Shown here: piece by piece, positions 18,453 through 28,732 of the stretch
Position numbering within the stretch: position 1 is the first letter of the stretch
How the letters are laid out: every line of letters starts with the position of its first letter
Assembly: GCA_001783065.1 (NCBI GenBank)
Contig: MFQN01000011.1
Coordinates: 1-60,829, forward strand
Length of the DNA: 60,829 nucleotides
Reading direction: 5' to 3'
Origin: Candidatus Magasanikbacteria bacterium RIFCSPLOWO2_12_FULL_43_12
GTDB lineage: Bacteria > Patescibacteriota > Patescibacteriia > Magasanikbacterales > UBA922
Notes under the pieces: generated by a model
What the model saw: the letters and a program-made list of their open reading frames with translations, nothing else
Database searches by the model: none
Told to the model about the DNA's origin: nothing
Position numbers and translations under genes: made by a program

Positions 18453-20282
18453 TTAGGCATTAGACATTATCGCATTGAACTCTTCCTGCTCCACAATCTC
18501 TTTCTCCATCAAAACCTTCACCAACCCATCCATCTTTTCTCTGTTGTCTTTAATAATCTTTTCTGAAACGTTTGTGGCGTCGTCTAATAACTTATTAATT
18601 TCCCCATCAATCATCTCCGCGGTCTTTTCGCTGTAATTTTTCTTCTCGTGAATTTCCTGCGCCAAAAAAATAAATTCTTCATTGTCGCCATATTGGCGCG
18701 GACCGAGTTTCTCGCTCATACCGTAACGCATCACCATCGCGGTCGCCATTTGCGTGGCTTTTTTCAAGTCGCTGGACGGGCCGGTGGAAATTTGATCATC
18801 GCCGTAAATAAGTTTTTCCGTCACATACCCGCCAAGCATCATAGCCAAATCATCTTTGAATTTCGCCATAGTGTTATATCTTATGTCTTTTTCCGGCATG
18901 CTTAAAGTGTAGCCGCCAGCCAAACCGCGGCCAATGATGGAAACCTTGCGTATCGGATCGCAGTTTGGCAAAAAATGTCCAACAACCGCGTGGCCGGCTT
19001 CGTGATAAGCGGTCATTTCCCGTTCTTGATCTGACATCACGCGGGATTTTTTCTCCGGACCAAGCAATACTTTATCAATACTTTCCCAAACTTCGGTTTC
19101 CGTCACTTCTTTTTTATTGCGCCGCACGGTTAAAATCGCGGCTTCATTCAAAAGATTCGCCAAATCAGCTCCGGAAAATCCCGGTGTGCGTTCCGCGATA
19201 TTACGCAATGAAACTGATTTGGAAATTGGTTTGCCAATGGCGTGAACTTTTAAAATTTCTTCGCGATCAGCGATGTCCGGCAGATCAATCACCACTCGCC
19301 TGTCAAAACGGCCGGGACGCAACAAAGCCGGATCCAAGACATCGGGCCGATTAGTCGCGGCGACAACGATTACACCCAAGTTCGGATCAAAACCATCCAT
19401 CTCCACTAAAATTTGATTCAGAGTCTGTTCGCGTTCATCATGCGAACCGCCCAAACCGGAACCGCGCTTGCGGCCAACCGCGTCAATTTCATCAATAAAC
19501 ACAATCGCCGGCGCGGCTTTTTTGGCGCGAGTGAACAAATCCCGAACACGCGACGCGCCCACGCCGACAAACATTTCCACGAATTCCGAACCGGAGATTG
19601 AAAAAAATGGCACGCCTGCTTCTCCGGCCACCGCTTTTGCCAACAATGTCTTGCCGGTGCCAGGCGCGCCCATTAACAACACGCCCTTGGGAATTTTTGC
19701 TCCCATTTCCGTAAAACGCTTGGGTTCTTTTAAAAACTCAACAATCTCAAACAATTCTTCTTTGGCTTCTTTCGCGCCGGCCACGTCTTTAAAAGTTTTT
19801 TGATTTTTATCATCCGGCTTTGTCTGCCGCGCCGCGCTCTGGCCAAAACCCATCGCCCGATTATTCATGCCCTGCACTTGCCGGCTCATAAAATAAATAA
19901 TCACCAAAACCAGCAACACCGGCACCAAAAATGGCAACAACGACTTGAACCAATAGGCCGCGCCGGATTCATCCACCACTTCCACTTTTACTTGCTGTAA
20001 TTTTTCCGCGGAAACTTTGTAATTGTCCATCAACTCGGAAAACGACTGCCCGTATTCTTTTTTCACTGTTTGTTGTTTGGCAGTTTCGTCAGTTAACATA
20101 ACCACCAGATCATCCCCGCGCACTTTAATTTCCTTAACCGCGCCGCTATTTATTTCCTGCACCAGCTGGCTAATCCCAGCCGGTTCTGTTTTTGGCTTTG
20201 CTGTGGAGGAAAAACTCAACAATCCCGCGACCAAAAGCAGGACAAAAAAGATAATGGTAAAATTTTTCAAAAGATTTTTCAT
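18453..20282 (-). CDS. ftsH: ATP-dependent zinc metalloprotease FtsH
   Basis: 609 aa. N-terminal transmembrane helices, Walker [27 protein letters not shown] ([11 protein letters not shown]). Confidence 0.95.
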   Translation of the reverse strand: MKNLLKNFTIIFFVLLLVAGLLSFSSTAKPKTEPAGISQLVQEINSGAVKEIKVRGDDLVVMLTDETAKQQTVKKEYGQSFSELMDNYKVSAEKLQQVKVEVVDESGAAYWFKSLLPFLVPVLLVLVIIYFMSRQVQGMNNRAMGFGQSAARQTKPDDKNQKTFKDVAGAKEAKEELFEIVEFLKEPKRFTEMGAKIPKGVLLMGAPGTGKTLLAKAVAGEAGVPFFSISGSEFVEMFVGVGASRVRDLFTRAKKAAPAIVFIDEIDAVGRKRGSGLGGSHDEREQTLNQILVEMDGFDPNLGVIVVAATNRPDVLDPALLRPGRFDRRVVIDLPDIADREEILKVHAIGKPISKSVSLRNIAERTPGFSGADLANLLNEAAILTVRRNKKEVTETEVWESIDKVLLGPEKKSRVMSDQEREMTAYHEAGHAVVGHFLPNCDPIRKVSIIGRGLAGGYTLSMPEKDIRYNTMAKFKDDLAMMLGGYVTEKLIYGDDQISTGPSSDLKKATQMATAMVMRYGMSEKLGPRQYGDNEEFIFLAQEIHEKKNYSEKTAEMIDGEINKLLDDATNVSEKIIKDNREKMDGLVKVLMEKEIVEQEEFNAIMSNA

Positions 20283-20319
20283 AATTCGTGTTTAGATTTA
20301 TATTCAGACAACGGAGTTT

Positions 20320-20347
20320 AGTATAGCAAAAAGAGAATAAAAGTCAA
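20320..20347 (-). promoter_or_regulatory. Promoter of ftsH (TTGACT-N16-TATACT)
   Basis: Seen directly on the minus strand. It abuts the family-A MITE copy at 20352..20451. Confidence 0.45.
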
Positions 20348-20351
20348 TTCT

Positions 20352-20451
20352 ACGTCATTGCGAGGAGCTCGCGCTACGAAGCAATCTATACAATCACGAA
20401 AATGCAACGACGGTGTGGATTGCTTCGCCTGCGAAGGCTCGCAATGACAGA
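20352..20451. mobile_element. Family-A MITE-like element
   Basis: gtcattgcgaggagctcgcg...gtggattgcttcgcctgcgaaggctcgcaatgacag. Confidence 0.7.
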
Positions 20452-20553
20452 AGAATGCCGATTCGCAAGCGATAAACCATAAACAACGCTTAAAATTATT
20501 ACAGTTTAACCTTTGATTTTTTATTAGAAATTAAGTGAATTAGAAATTTTTAA

Positions 20554-20582
20554 AAGCCCCTCGCGGGGCTTTTTTCTATTAT
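20554..20582. terminator. Bidirectional rho-independent terminator downstream of rpsA
   Basis: agcccctcgcggggct hairpin with T-runs on both strands. Confidence 0.6.
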
Positions 20583-21838
20583 TCCTTTTTCTCTTCAACC
20601 TTATCTTCTAATTTCCCCTCGCTCTTTTCTTCTTTTTTCTTTGTTTTCTCCTTTTTCTCTGTCTTCTCTTCCTTGTCCGCCGCAGCTCCGCCGAGCGAAG
20701 TGGAGGAGGGTTTCTCTTTAGCCGTACCCGTCAATTTCAACCCTAGTCTGTGCTCTGACGGCTCAACTGAAATCACTTCAAATTTTTCTTTTTGACCGAT
20801 TTTAAACCTGTCTCTCAATTCTTTCGGATCGCGAGCGCCGAGTTCGGAAATGTGCGCCAAACCATGGATGTCATTGTCTAATTTAATCATCAAACCAAAG
20901 GCCTCTATCTTGTGTATCTCGCCTTCCACTTCTTGGCCGACTTTGTATTTATCTTTAACAATTTTCCACGGATCATCAACCAACCGTTTGATTGATAAAT
21001 AAATTTTTGATTTGTTGATGTCAATAACCTGCGCTTTCACGCGGTCGCCGACTTTCAACACGTCTTTGGGATGGTCAATTCTCTGCCAAACAATTTCTGA
21101 AATATGAACCAATCCTTCCAAACCCTCGCCAAACTTGATAAACGCGCCAAAAGAAGTCAGCGCGCTTACTTCGCCATCAACCATCTGGCCGACTTTATAC
21201 GAGTCCAACACCGCTTTTTGATCGTCTTCCCAAACCGCTTTTTCAGATACAATTAATTTCTCTTCCTTATCATTTACATCAATCACTTTAACTTGCAATT
21301 CTCGACCGATCAATTTTTGTAAGTGTTCTAAAATTCGATTGCGATCGCCGCCGGGTACGCGCGGATAATTATCCGGGCTTAATTGCGACACCGGCATAAA
21401 ACCTGACAAAGAATCAACCTGCATCATCAACCCGCCTCGGTTGGCTTGAGTTACTTTCGCGCCAATCGTCAGACCGTCTTCTTTATATTTCTCCATGCGA
21501 GACCAAACCAAACGATGTCCCGCAGCGCGGAAAGAAAGCTCCATTTCGCCGTTTTCGTTTTCCAACTCCAATACGGTCGCTTCAACTTCATCGCCGACTT
21601 TGATATTGGAAAATTCGCGTGATTCCGTATATAGTTCCGGCCCGCGCACTACGCCGGTTATCATACCCTCAATGTCCATGCGGACCGCGCCGCTTTCCAC
21701 AGAAATCACCTTGCCCTTAATCAAATCGCCTGCTTGTGGAGTTTTAGTGAAAAAATTCTTAAGCAAAGCGGCAAAACTATTGCTGTTTTGGCCTGCGTCA
21801 GCTTTTTCGTCTTTCATATTAAAATTAAATTTAACCAA
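20579..21838 (-). CDS. rpsA: 30S ribosomal protein S1 (four S1 domains, K/E-rich C-terminal tail)
   Basis: 419 aa. Repeated S1 domain patterns (G.V..V...GA.V.......G..H.SE). Confidence 0.8.
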   Translation of the reverse strand: MVKFNFNMKDEKADAGQNSNSFAALLKNFFTKTPQAGDLIKGKVISVESGAVRMDIEGMITGVVRGPELYTESREFSNIKVGDEVEATVLELENENGEMELSFRAAGHRLVWSRMEKYKEDGLTIGAKVTQANRGGLMMQVDSLSGFMPVSQLSPDNYPRVPGGDRNRILEHLQKLIGRELQVKVIDVNDKEEKLIVSEKAVWEDDQKAVLDSYKVGQMVDGEVSALTSFGAFIKFGEGLEGLVHISEIVWQRIDHPKDVLKVGDRVKAQVIDINKSKIYLSIKRLVDDPWKIVKDKYKVGQEVEGEIHKIEAFGLMIKLDNDIHGLAHISELGARDPKELRDRFKIGQKEKFEVISVEPSEHRLGLKLTGTAKEKPSSTSLGGAAADKEEKTEKKEKTKKKEEKSEGKLEDKVEEKKE

Positions 21839-21970
21839 CAGGCGACGAACCCATCGGGCACCCTCTTTTGAGAGTATAAATAAGTGGCCGGATTATATAA
21901 CAACTCGTCAAAATTGTCAACACTTCGGTCTTGCGCCATTCCACAAAATGTGATAAACTCATTGAGTCAA

Positions 21971-22052
21971 ATGCTAATATACGAATGAATGCTAATGCAA
22001 CGAATATCACTATTGGTAGCATTGGTATAAATTAGTATATTAGCATTATACT
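21971..22052. repeat. Family-D-like array (ATTAGCAT/ATTAGTAT/TACGAAT) upstream of the MBL-hydrolase gene
   Basis: gctaatatacgaatgaatgctaatg...tagcattggtataaattagtatattagcatta. Confidence 0.5.
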
Positions 22053-22055
22053 TAT

Positions 22056-22673
22056 ATGCATATCTCCTGGCTCGGCAACACCGCTGTTCGTATTCAAGTA
22101 AAACCCTTTGACAAAGACGTTGATGTCGTTATTGACACTTATCGGCCGAAAACCGGCGAATTCCCGCGCAACCTATCCACTGACATCGGCCTTTTCACGC
22201 GCGGCGCAACCGATTCCATCACTCTCTCCGGTGATCCGTTTATTCTAGACACACCTGGTGAATGTGAGACAAAAGGTGTTTTGATAACAGCCGTTCAAGG
22301 CAATGAAGATGGTCATATTATGTTTCGTTTAGATGCTGAACATTTAAGTTTGGCGCATTTGGGTTTAATCGCTAAACCGTTAACCGACCAACAGTTGGAA
22401 ACGCTATCTGATGTCGATATTTTATTGGTGCCGGTCGGTGGAAAAAATTGCTATGATGCCGAAACCGCGGCAAAAGCTGTTAACGCGATTGAACCGCGCG
22501 TAGTCATTCCGATTGCTTATAAATCTGACAACAATCCTGACATGGAATCTGTGGAAAAATTTTTGAAAGAAATGGGCGTGGCCGGCAAAGTCCAAGCGGA
22601 AAAGAAAGTTATCATTAAGAGCAAGAGTCTGCCGCAGGAAGAAACTCAAGTCATACTGCTGTCTAAGGAGTGA
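22056..22673 (+). CDS. MBL-fold metal-dependent hydrolase (UlaG/Lactamase_B_3-like)
   Basis: 205 aa. N-terminal MHISWLGNTAVRIQV, later DVDILLVPVGG. The pattern matches the beta-lactamase-fold hydrolase family. Confidence 0.6.
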   Translation: MHISWLGNTAVRIQVKPFDKDVDVVIDTYRPKTGEFPRNLSTDIGLFTRGATDSITLSGDPFILDTPGECETKGVLITAVQGNEDGHIMFRLDAEHLSLAHLGLIAKPLTDQQLETLSDVDILLVPVGGKNCYDAETAAKAVNAIEPRVVIPIAYKSDNNPDMESVEKFLKEMGVAGKVQAEKKVIIKSKSLPQEETQVILLSKE

Positions 22674-22745
22674 AAAAAAAATAAAAATTAAAAATCAAAA
22701 TGTAAAATTTTTCATTTTGCAATTTACATTTTAACTTTAAATAAT

Positions 22746-23294
22746 GTGCCTGTCAAAAAAAATAAAAAACTAAAAGAAAAAAAAATTGACAAGAAAATAA
22801 GCAGGAAAGATGTAAAAATGGCGGTGGAAAAACTCCCGGGATTAATTGTTGAACGCGCGCGTTTATCAGAGCAGGAATCGCGGACGGAAACTCCAGAAAT
22901 TGAACAAGCGCCGGAACCGATTGAAACACGGCTGAAAGAGCCGCGTTCTGCCAACCGAGCGCGCATGCGCCACAATCCGCGCCAGACGCGCTGGCTTTGG
23001 ACCGGAGTCGTAATATTTTGTCTGGTGATTTTCAGCCTGTGGGGCTGGAATACGTACGTTATGATAACTGATACCACACAAGGGACCGAGACAAGTAAAG
23101 GCTGGCTGCCTGACCCGGTCAAAGATGATTTGCGCACCGTGTGGCAAGAGGTTGGCGCGCCGGATGATCAGATGGACGAAAACGAAACCATAAAAGAAAA
23201 AATTAAATCAGACTTGCGAGGCCTCGTGGCACAGATTAAAAGCCTGCCCGCCGCTGTAGCGACAAGCACGACGACAACAACAGAATCACTCTAA
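22746..23294 (+). CDS. Hypothetical membrane-anchored protein encoded immediately upstream of gyrA
   Basis: 182 aa. K-rich N-terminus, one transmembrane helix ([18 protein letters not shown]), Thr-rich C-terminus. Only 4 nt separate it from the gyrA start. Confidence 0.4.
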   Translation: MPVKKNKKLKEKKIDKKISRKDVKMAVEKLPGLIVERARLSEQESRTETPEIEQAPEPIETRLKEPRSANRARMRHNPRQTRWLWTGVVIFCLVIFSLWGWNTYVMITDTTQGTETSKGWLPDPVKDDLRTVWQEVGAPDDQMDENETIKEKIKSDLRGLVAQIKSLPAAVATSTTTTTESL

Positions 23295-23298
23295 AATT

Positions 23299-25779
23299 AT
23301 GAAAGATGTAAAACCAAATCAAGAAAAATTAATCCTGGCTCCGATCGGCAAAGTTGAGCCGGTCGCTCTCGTGGATGAAATGAAAATATCCTACATGGAC
23401 TACGCGATGAGCGTAATTGTTTCCCGCGCCTTACCCGATGTGCGCGACGGCTTGAAGCCGGTGCATCGCCGCATTCTTTACGCTATGTGGAATATCGGTC
23501 TGAAACACAATGCCAAATTCCGCAAATCCGCGCATGTGGTCGGCGAGGTGATGGCAAAATACCACCCGCACGGCGACGTGGCGATTTATGATTCCATGGT
23601 CAGAATGGCGCAGGAGTTTGCCATGCGCAACCCGCTAGTCTATGGCCAAGGGAACTTCGGCTCCATGGATGGAGATCCGGCCGCGGCGATGCGCTATACG
23701 GAAGCCAAGTTGTCAGCTATTGCCGAAGAAATGTTGATGGATATTGAAAGAAATACCGTCAACTTCTCGCCCAACTATGACGGCTCCACGAATGAACCGA
23801 AAGTTTTGCCGAGCAAACTTCCAAATCTTTTGCTTAATGGCACCATGGGCATCGCGGTCGGTATGGCGACAAATATTCCTCCGCATAATTTAAGAGAACT
23901 TTGCGACGGCCTTACTGCCTTGATTAATGAACCGAAAATTACCGTTGAAGAATTAATGGGATTGGTAAAAGGCCCGGACTTTCCAACCGGCGGCATTATT
24001 TATAATAACAAAGATATTGCCGCGGCCTACGCAACCGGCAAAGGCGGTATTGTTATCCGCGCGAAAACAGAAATCCAAGAAAATAAATCCGGACTATTTC
24101 AAATTATCGTTAATGAAATCCCCTACCAAGTCAATAAATCAACTCTAATTGAAAAAATTGCCAATCTGGTGCAGGAGAAAAAACTGGAAGGCATAAAAGA
24201 TCTGCGCGATGAATCAAATAAAGACGGCGTGCGCATCGTTGTTGAACTTAAAAAAGATTCGTATCCTAAAAAAATATTGAATCAACTGTTCAACATGACC
24301 GAACTGCAGACGACTTTTCATATCAATATGTTAGCGTTGGTGGACGGCATACAACCGCGCGTGCTTAATTTGAAATCAGTGTTGGAAGAATACGTGAAAC
24401 ACCGCCAAGAGGTTATTCGCCGCCGCGCTGAATTTGATTTAAACAAGGCGCAGGAACGCGCTCATATTTTGGAAGGTTTGAGCAAGGCGCTGGATAAAAT
24501 TGATTTAGTTATCAACACGATTCGCAAATCCAAGGACAAAGACGAGGCCAAAATCAATTTGATGAATAAGTTCAAGTTTACCGAACGGCAGGCGATCGCG
24601 ATTTTAGAAATGAGACTGCAACAGCTCGCGAATCTTGAGCGGCAGAAGATTGAAGATGAATTGAAAGAGAAACGCGCGCTGATAAAAGAGCTGGAATCAA
24701 TTTTGCACAGCCCGAAGAGAATTTTGGACATGATAAAAAATGAAATTAAAGAAATAAAAGAAAAATATGGCGATGAAAGACGCACGCTGATTGTCGCCCA
24801 TGGCGTAAAAGAATTTACGACCGAAGATTTGGTTCCCAACGAATCAATCGTGGTAATGACCACTCGTGATGGTTATATCAAACGCGTCGCGCCTGATACT
24901 TTCAAAACCCAAGGCCGGGGCGGCAAAGGCGTAATCGGCTTAACAACAAAAGAAGAAGATGTTGTTGACCAGTTATTAACAACAAACACTCATGATAATC
25001 TGCTATTCTTCACTACACGCGGCCGGGTATTTCAAATGATGGCCTATGATATTCCTCCGGCTACCCGCACTTCCAAAGGCCAGGCAGTGGTTAATTTCCT
25101 TCAACTTGCTCCGAATGAAAAACTTTCCGCCATCTTATCAATGAGCAGTCTAACCCAGCACCAATTTTTAGTAATGGTAACCAACAAAGGCACAATCAAA
25201 AAAACCGCGTTAACTGATTTTACCAATGTGCGCCGATCCGGCCTAATCGCGCTGAAACTAAAACTTGATGATAATTTGGAATGGGTCAAGCCGTCAACCG
25301 GCAAAGATGACATTGTAATCGCCACTGATGGCGGACAAGCGATCCGATTTAAAGAAGCCAACATCCGCGCCATGGGCCGCAATGCTTCCGGCGTGCGCGG
25401 CATGAGATTGAAAGGCAAAGATCATATTGTTGGTATGGAAATCGCTCTGCCGGAACTCGTGAAAAAAAGCGTGTTGGAGCTTTTGGTTGTTTCAGAAAAT
25501 GGTCTGGGGAAACGCACGGCTTTGTCAGAATACAAAGTGCAAGGACGCGGCGGCAGTGGCATAAAAACCATGGCTGTAACGGCAAAGACCGGAAAAATCA
25601 TCAGCATGGCGGTGATAAATAACACCGAAGAGCGCGATCTGATGGCGATCTCGGTCAATGGCCAAGTCATTCGCGTCCCGCTTGACACCATCTCCACCCT
25701 CGGCCGCGCCACCCAAGGCGTCCGCGTAATGAGATTCAAAGAAGAGGGCGACAAAGTGGCGAGCATGACGTTGTTGTAA
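23299..25779 (+). CDS. gyrA: DNA gyrase subunit A
   Basis: 826 aa. [28 protein letters not shown], active-site region and C-terminal beta-pinwheel repeats. Confidence 0.95.
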   Translation: MKDVKPNQEKLILAPIGKVEPVALVDEMKISYMDYAMSVIVSRALPDVRDGLKPVHRRILYAMWNIGLKHNAKFRKSAHVVGEVMAKYHPHGDVAIYDSMVRMAQEFAMRNPLVYGQGNFGSMDGDPAAAMRYTEAKLSAIAEEMLMDIERNTVNFSPNYDGSTNEPKVLPSKLPNLLLNGTMGIAVGMATNIPPHNLRELCDGLTALINEPKITVEELMGLVKGPDFPTGGIIYNNKDIAAAYATGKGGIVIRAKTEIQENKSGLFQIIVNEIPYQVNKSTLIEKIANLVQEKKLEGIKDLRDESNKDGVRIVVELKKDSYPKKILNQLFNMTELQTTFHINMLALVDGIQPRVLNLKSVLEEYVKHRQEVIRRRAEFDLNKAQERAHILEGLSKALDKIDLVINTIRKSKDKDEAKINLMNKFKFTERQAIAILEMRLQQLANLERQKIEDELKEKRALIKELESILHSPKRILDMIKNEIKEIKEKYGDERRTLIVAHGVKEFTTEDLVPNESIVVMTTRDGYIKRVAPDTFKTQGRGGKGVIGLTTKEEDVVDQLLTTNTHDNLLFFTTRGRVFQMMAYDIPPATRTSKGQAVVNFLQLAPNEKLSAILSMSSLTQHQFLVMVTNKGTIKKTALTDFTNVRRSGLIALKLKLDDNLEWVKPSTGKDDIVIATDGGQAIRFKEANIRAMGRNASGVRGMRLKGKDHIVGMEIALPELVKKSVLELLVVSENGLGKRTALSEYKVQGRGGSGIKTMAVTAKTGKIISMAVINNTEERDLMAISVNGQVIRVPLDTISTLGRATQGVRVMRFKEEGDKVASMTLL

Positions 25780-25795
25780 CATCCGAATTACAAAA

Positions 25796-25820
25796 AATCC
25801 GCCGATGAGGCGGTTTTTTG
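25796..25820 (+). terminator. Rho-independent terminator after gyrA
   Basis: ccgcc-gatga-ggcgg followed by tttttt. Confidence 0.6.
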
Positions 25821-25822
25821 AT

Positions 25823-26104
25823 TCACTTAAATAAATTTCCATGGCTCCCCATCGCCACCAATTCTAGCACCACAATATCTCCATAGATTTTATAAAACAA
25901 CAACCAATCCGGCGCGATATGGCACTCCCAACAATTTTTCAAATCACCGGTAAGTTTATGGTTATGATATTTGTCAGGCAACACTGCGCCTTTTGCCAAC
26001 AAACTAACGACTGCCGACAACTCATTAACAATTCTCTTTCGACCAGAACAACGCAACTTTTTATACTGACGCTTAAATTGATTTGAATATCGCAATTCAT
26101 ACAT
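25823..26104 (-). CDS. yafQ: Type II toxin YafQ (RelE/ParE superfamily)
   Basis: 93 aa. F.RQYKKL..., LTGDLKNCWECHIAPDWLLFYKIYGDIVVLELVAMGSHGNLF matches the YafQ family pattern. Confidence 0.8.
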   Translation of the reverse strand: MYELRYSNQFKRQYKKLRCSGRKRIVNELSAVVSLLAKGAVLPDKYHNHKLTGDLKNCWECHIAPDWLLFYKIYGDIVVLELVAMGSHGNLFK

Positions 26105-26108
26105 AAAA

Positions 26109-26396
26109 CTAATCCTTCATTATTTCCGCGAACATTTTTTTGGCTGACTTGCGCGCTTTTCGTTTGCCGGAATTATAAAGCGCCATTGTTTCCGCCGACT
26201 CTTTTAGCAACATCCTCTCCTCTTCTTTGGTAAAACCATTTTCCGTGACTAACGGAAATGGAATTCCTTTGTATCTCAGCACCTGCTGAAAATAAATTTT
26301 CACGCCGGTGCTCAAATCCAAACCAAGTGACTGAAAAATACCGGCTACTGCCTGTTTAGTTTTTTTATCTACTCTAAGCTGGACTGTGTTACTCAT
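26109..26396 (-). CDS. dinJ: Type II antitoxin DinJ/RelB family
   Basis: 95 aa. VQLRVDKKTKQAVAGIFQSLGLDLSTGVKIYFQQV is a ribbon-helix-helix DinJ-like N-terminus. It lies 4 nt upstream of yafQ. Confidence 0.8.
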   Translation of the reverse strand: MSNTVQLRVDKKTKQAVAGIFQSLGLDLSTGVKIYFQQVLRYKGIPFPLVTENGFTKEEERMLLKESAETMALYNSGKRKARKSAKKMFAEIMKD

Positions 26397-26424
26397 ATTT
26401 TTATATTAAAAACTTCAAAATTGA

Positions 26425-26453
26425 TTATATTACATTGTCATTACTTTGTCAAT
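26425..26453 (-). promoter_or_regulatory. Consensus promoter TTGACA-N17-TATAAT for dinJ-yafQ
   Basis: Seen directly on the minus strand. Confidence 0.55.
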
Positions 26454-26536
26454 ACGAGTTATCAACAACTACACCACTTGTGACATTCCTTTAATATTTT
26501 GTCAGTATTTTTTTAATTTCTTACTAATATTTTTCC

Positions 26537-27166
26537 TCACTTCCCCAACCTCCTCAACGCCTCTTTTACTAATTTCCCCGCATCTTTCCCATCCACTGAC
26601 AAACCTTTAACCGCTTCGCGGGCTTCTTCGCGACTGTAACCCAAAGAAACCAGCCCGTCAATCACCTCACCCAACACTTCACTATCGCCATCGCCAAACT
26701 TTATGGACTTTACGGACTTTGTGACTTTTGACTTCAACTCAACAACCACTCGTTCCGCCGTCTTTTTGCCAATGCCGCTGACTTTCGTGAGATAACCAAC
26801 ATCGCCGCGCCCAATCGCCGCGCTGATTTCTTCCAAACTGCCTAATTCCAAAATATGCATGGCGCTTTTTGGCCCAATGCCGCTGACGGTTAACAACAAC
26901 TCAAAAAAACTTTTTTCTTCCAAAGTTTCAAAGCCAAACAAATCCAGCGCGTTCTCCCCCACCCGCAAATAAGTATATAAACTGATACTATCTCCGACTT
27001 GCAAACTTGAACACCCTTCGGCTTCCCTCGGTCCGTCTCGGGACGGGTCGCTCATGGCAGGCTTGCGCACTTTCACACATACCTTATATCCCACCCCTCC
27101 GCTCGTCAATACCAAAACTGACCGCTCGCTTTTTTCTATAATTTTGCCTTTAAGATACGAAATCAT
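26537..27166 (-). CDS. ruvA: Holliday junction branch migration complex subunit RuvA; carries an in-frame 42-nt repeat insertion
   Basis: 209 aa. MISYLKGKI, helix-hairpin-helix LLTVSGIGPKSAMHIL and VSGIGKKTAERVVVELK. The repeat at 27016..27058 encodes MSDPSRDGPREAEG. Confidence 0.85.
   Translation of the reverse strand: MISYLKGKIIEKSERSVLVLTSGGVGYKVCVKVRKPAMSDPSRDGPREAEGCSSLQVGDSISLYTYLRVGENALDLFGFETLEEKSFFELLLTVSGIGPKSAMHILELGSLEEISAAIGRGDVGYLTKVSGIGKKTAERVVVELKSKVTKSVKSIKFGDGDSEVLGEVIDGLVSLGYSREEAREAVKGLSVDGKDAGKLVKEALRRLGK
27016..27058. repeat. Family-C 42-nt GC-rich element, copy in ruvA (opposite orientation relative to the coding strand)
   Basis: ccttcggcttccctcggtccgtctcgggacgggtcgctcatgg. 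Confidence 0.7.
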
Positions 27167-27178
27167 AATTCAAAACTC

Positions 27179-27212
27179 AAAACACAATTAACAAAACACA
27201 ACAACGACCAAA
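27179..27212. repeat. Family-G conserved A/C-rich element (core 17-mer CAATTAACAAAACACAA), copy 1
   Basis: The exact 17-mer recurs at 56193..56209 and 58041..58057. Confidence 0.6.
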
Positions 27213-27353
27213 CATCTGACTCCAATAACCTGACACTATACTAACATAAAATAATTATAGCCGCAACAAAAACCGCCCCTTTCAGGACGGTCATTACCTC
27301 ACTAAAATTTTCCATCCAATAACAACTCGCCGTCATCCCCCATAATTCCCAAT

Positions 27354-28652
27354 TCATAATTCATCACTCTTTTTTTCTTCCTCAACCACCTTCTCTTCCT
27401 GCACCTCTTCCACCACACTCTCCTCTACTTTTTTCTCTTCACTTTTCTCTTCCACTATTTTTTCCACCTCTTTCGGATCAGCGTCACTGCTAACCACTTT
27501 CTCTTCATTCTCATTCTGCACCACATTTAATTTCCAACCGGTCAATTCAGCGGCTAAACGGACATTCTGCCCGCCGCGGCCGATTGCCAAAGAGAATTGA
27601 TCTCCGGCCACATATACTGTCGCCTCTTTACCGCCTTCACCTAAAGAAACGGCGGTAACTTTTGCCGGTGACAAAGCGTGTTTGATATATTCAGCCGCGT
27701 CTTCGCTGAATTGAATCACGTCAATTTTTTCTCCGCCCAATCCTTCAATAATTGTGGTAATTCGGCTGCCGCGCTGGCCGATGCAAGCGCCAATCGGATC
27801 AATGGAATCATCACCGGTCCAAACCGCTACTTTGGAACGATGCCCGGCATCGCGCGCCAAGCCTTTAATTTCCACCGCGCCGGAACTAATTTCCGGAATT
27901 TCTTCGGCGAAAATGGTTTCCACCATTTTCTTGCCGGCGCGAGACAAAACAATTTCCAAACCGCGCTGGCCCATTTCAACTTTTCCTATCAAGAAACGCA
28001 TGCGCGCGCCAGGACGATATTGCTCGCCGTAAATTTGTTCTTCCACCGGCAAAATCGCGGTGGTTTTACCTAAATCAATAATCATCCCGCCGGCGCGATC
28101 GCGGCGTTGAACAATGCCATGGATAATCGTGCCGACTTGATCTTTAAGTTCGTCAAAGACGCTGTTGCGTTCCGCCTCGCGCAGACGCTGAATGACCACT
28201 TGTTTGGCGGTTTGCGCGGCCATGCGGCCAAACTCTCCAGGCACTTCAAGTTTGATTTTTATAATCTCGCCGACTTTGGCTTTCTTAACATGCTCTTTGG
28301 CTTGAGTAACCATTATTTGCGTCTTGGGATTGAAGCGCGCCAAATCAGCCATTTCCTCTTCAGTCAATTCACGATTATCTTTCTGCGCTTCTTCGCGCCG
28401 TTTAGTTAACTCCTCTTGATCCTTAAGTAAAGTTTCTTCATCAACATCTTCCACCACTTCTTTTTCATCCCAAACTTCCATAGCCATGGTTTCCGGATCA
28501 AATTTAACTTTGACATTTTGCTGGCGATTTCCGAAGTCCTTGCGATAAGCCGCGGCCATGGCGGCTTCAACCGCCTCAATTACCGACTCAAAAGTAAGCC
28601 CCTTCTCATCGCAGATGAATTGAATCGCTTTAGTGATTTCCGACATATGCAT
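27354..28652 (-). CDS. nusA: Transcription termination/antitermination factor NusA
   Basis: 432 aa. N-terminal domain, S1, KH domains (ACIGQRGSRI, IEGLGGEKIDVIQFS), acidic C-terminal tail. Confidence 0.9.
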   Translation of the reverse strand: MHMSEITKAIQFICDEKGLTFESVIEAVEAAMAAAYRKDFGNRQQNVKVKFDPETMAMEVWDEKEVVEDVDEETLLKDQEELTKRREEAQKDNRELTEEEMADLARFNPKTQIMVTQAKEHVKKAKVGEIIKIKLEVPGEFGRMAAQTAKQVVIQRLREAERNSVFDELKDQVGTIIHGIVQRRDRAGGMIIDLGKTTAILPVEEQIYGEQYRPGARMRFLIGKVEMGQRGLEIVLSRAGKKMVETIFAEEIPEISSGAVEIKGLARDAGHRSKVAVWTGDDSIDPIGACIGQRGSRITTIIEGLGGEKIDVIQFSEDAAEYIKHALSPAKVTAVSLGEGGKEATVYVAGDQFSLAIGRGGQNVRLAAELTGWKLNVVQNENEEKVVSSDADPKEVEKIVEEKSEEKKVEESVVEEVQEEKVVEEEKKSDEL

Positions 28653-28703
28653 CTAAGTTAAACTTAAAGCAACCTATTGTGTAGGTTGCTTTATAATAAA
28701 TGT

Positions 28704-28732
28704 ATTATACCACAGAAACAAATGTTTGTCAA
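28704..28732 (-). promoter_or_regulatory. Consensus promoter TTGACA-N17-TATAAT (TG-extended) for nusA, followed by a leader hairpin at 28668..28692
   Basis: Seen directly on the minus strand. Leader hairpin gcaacct-acacaat-aggttgc. Confidence 0.55.
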
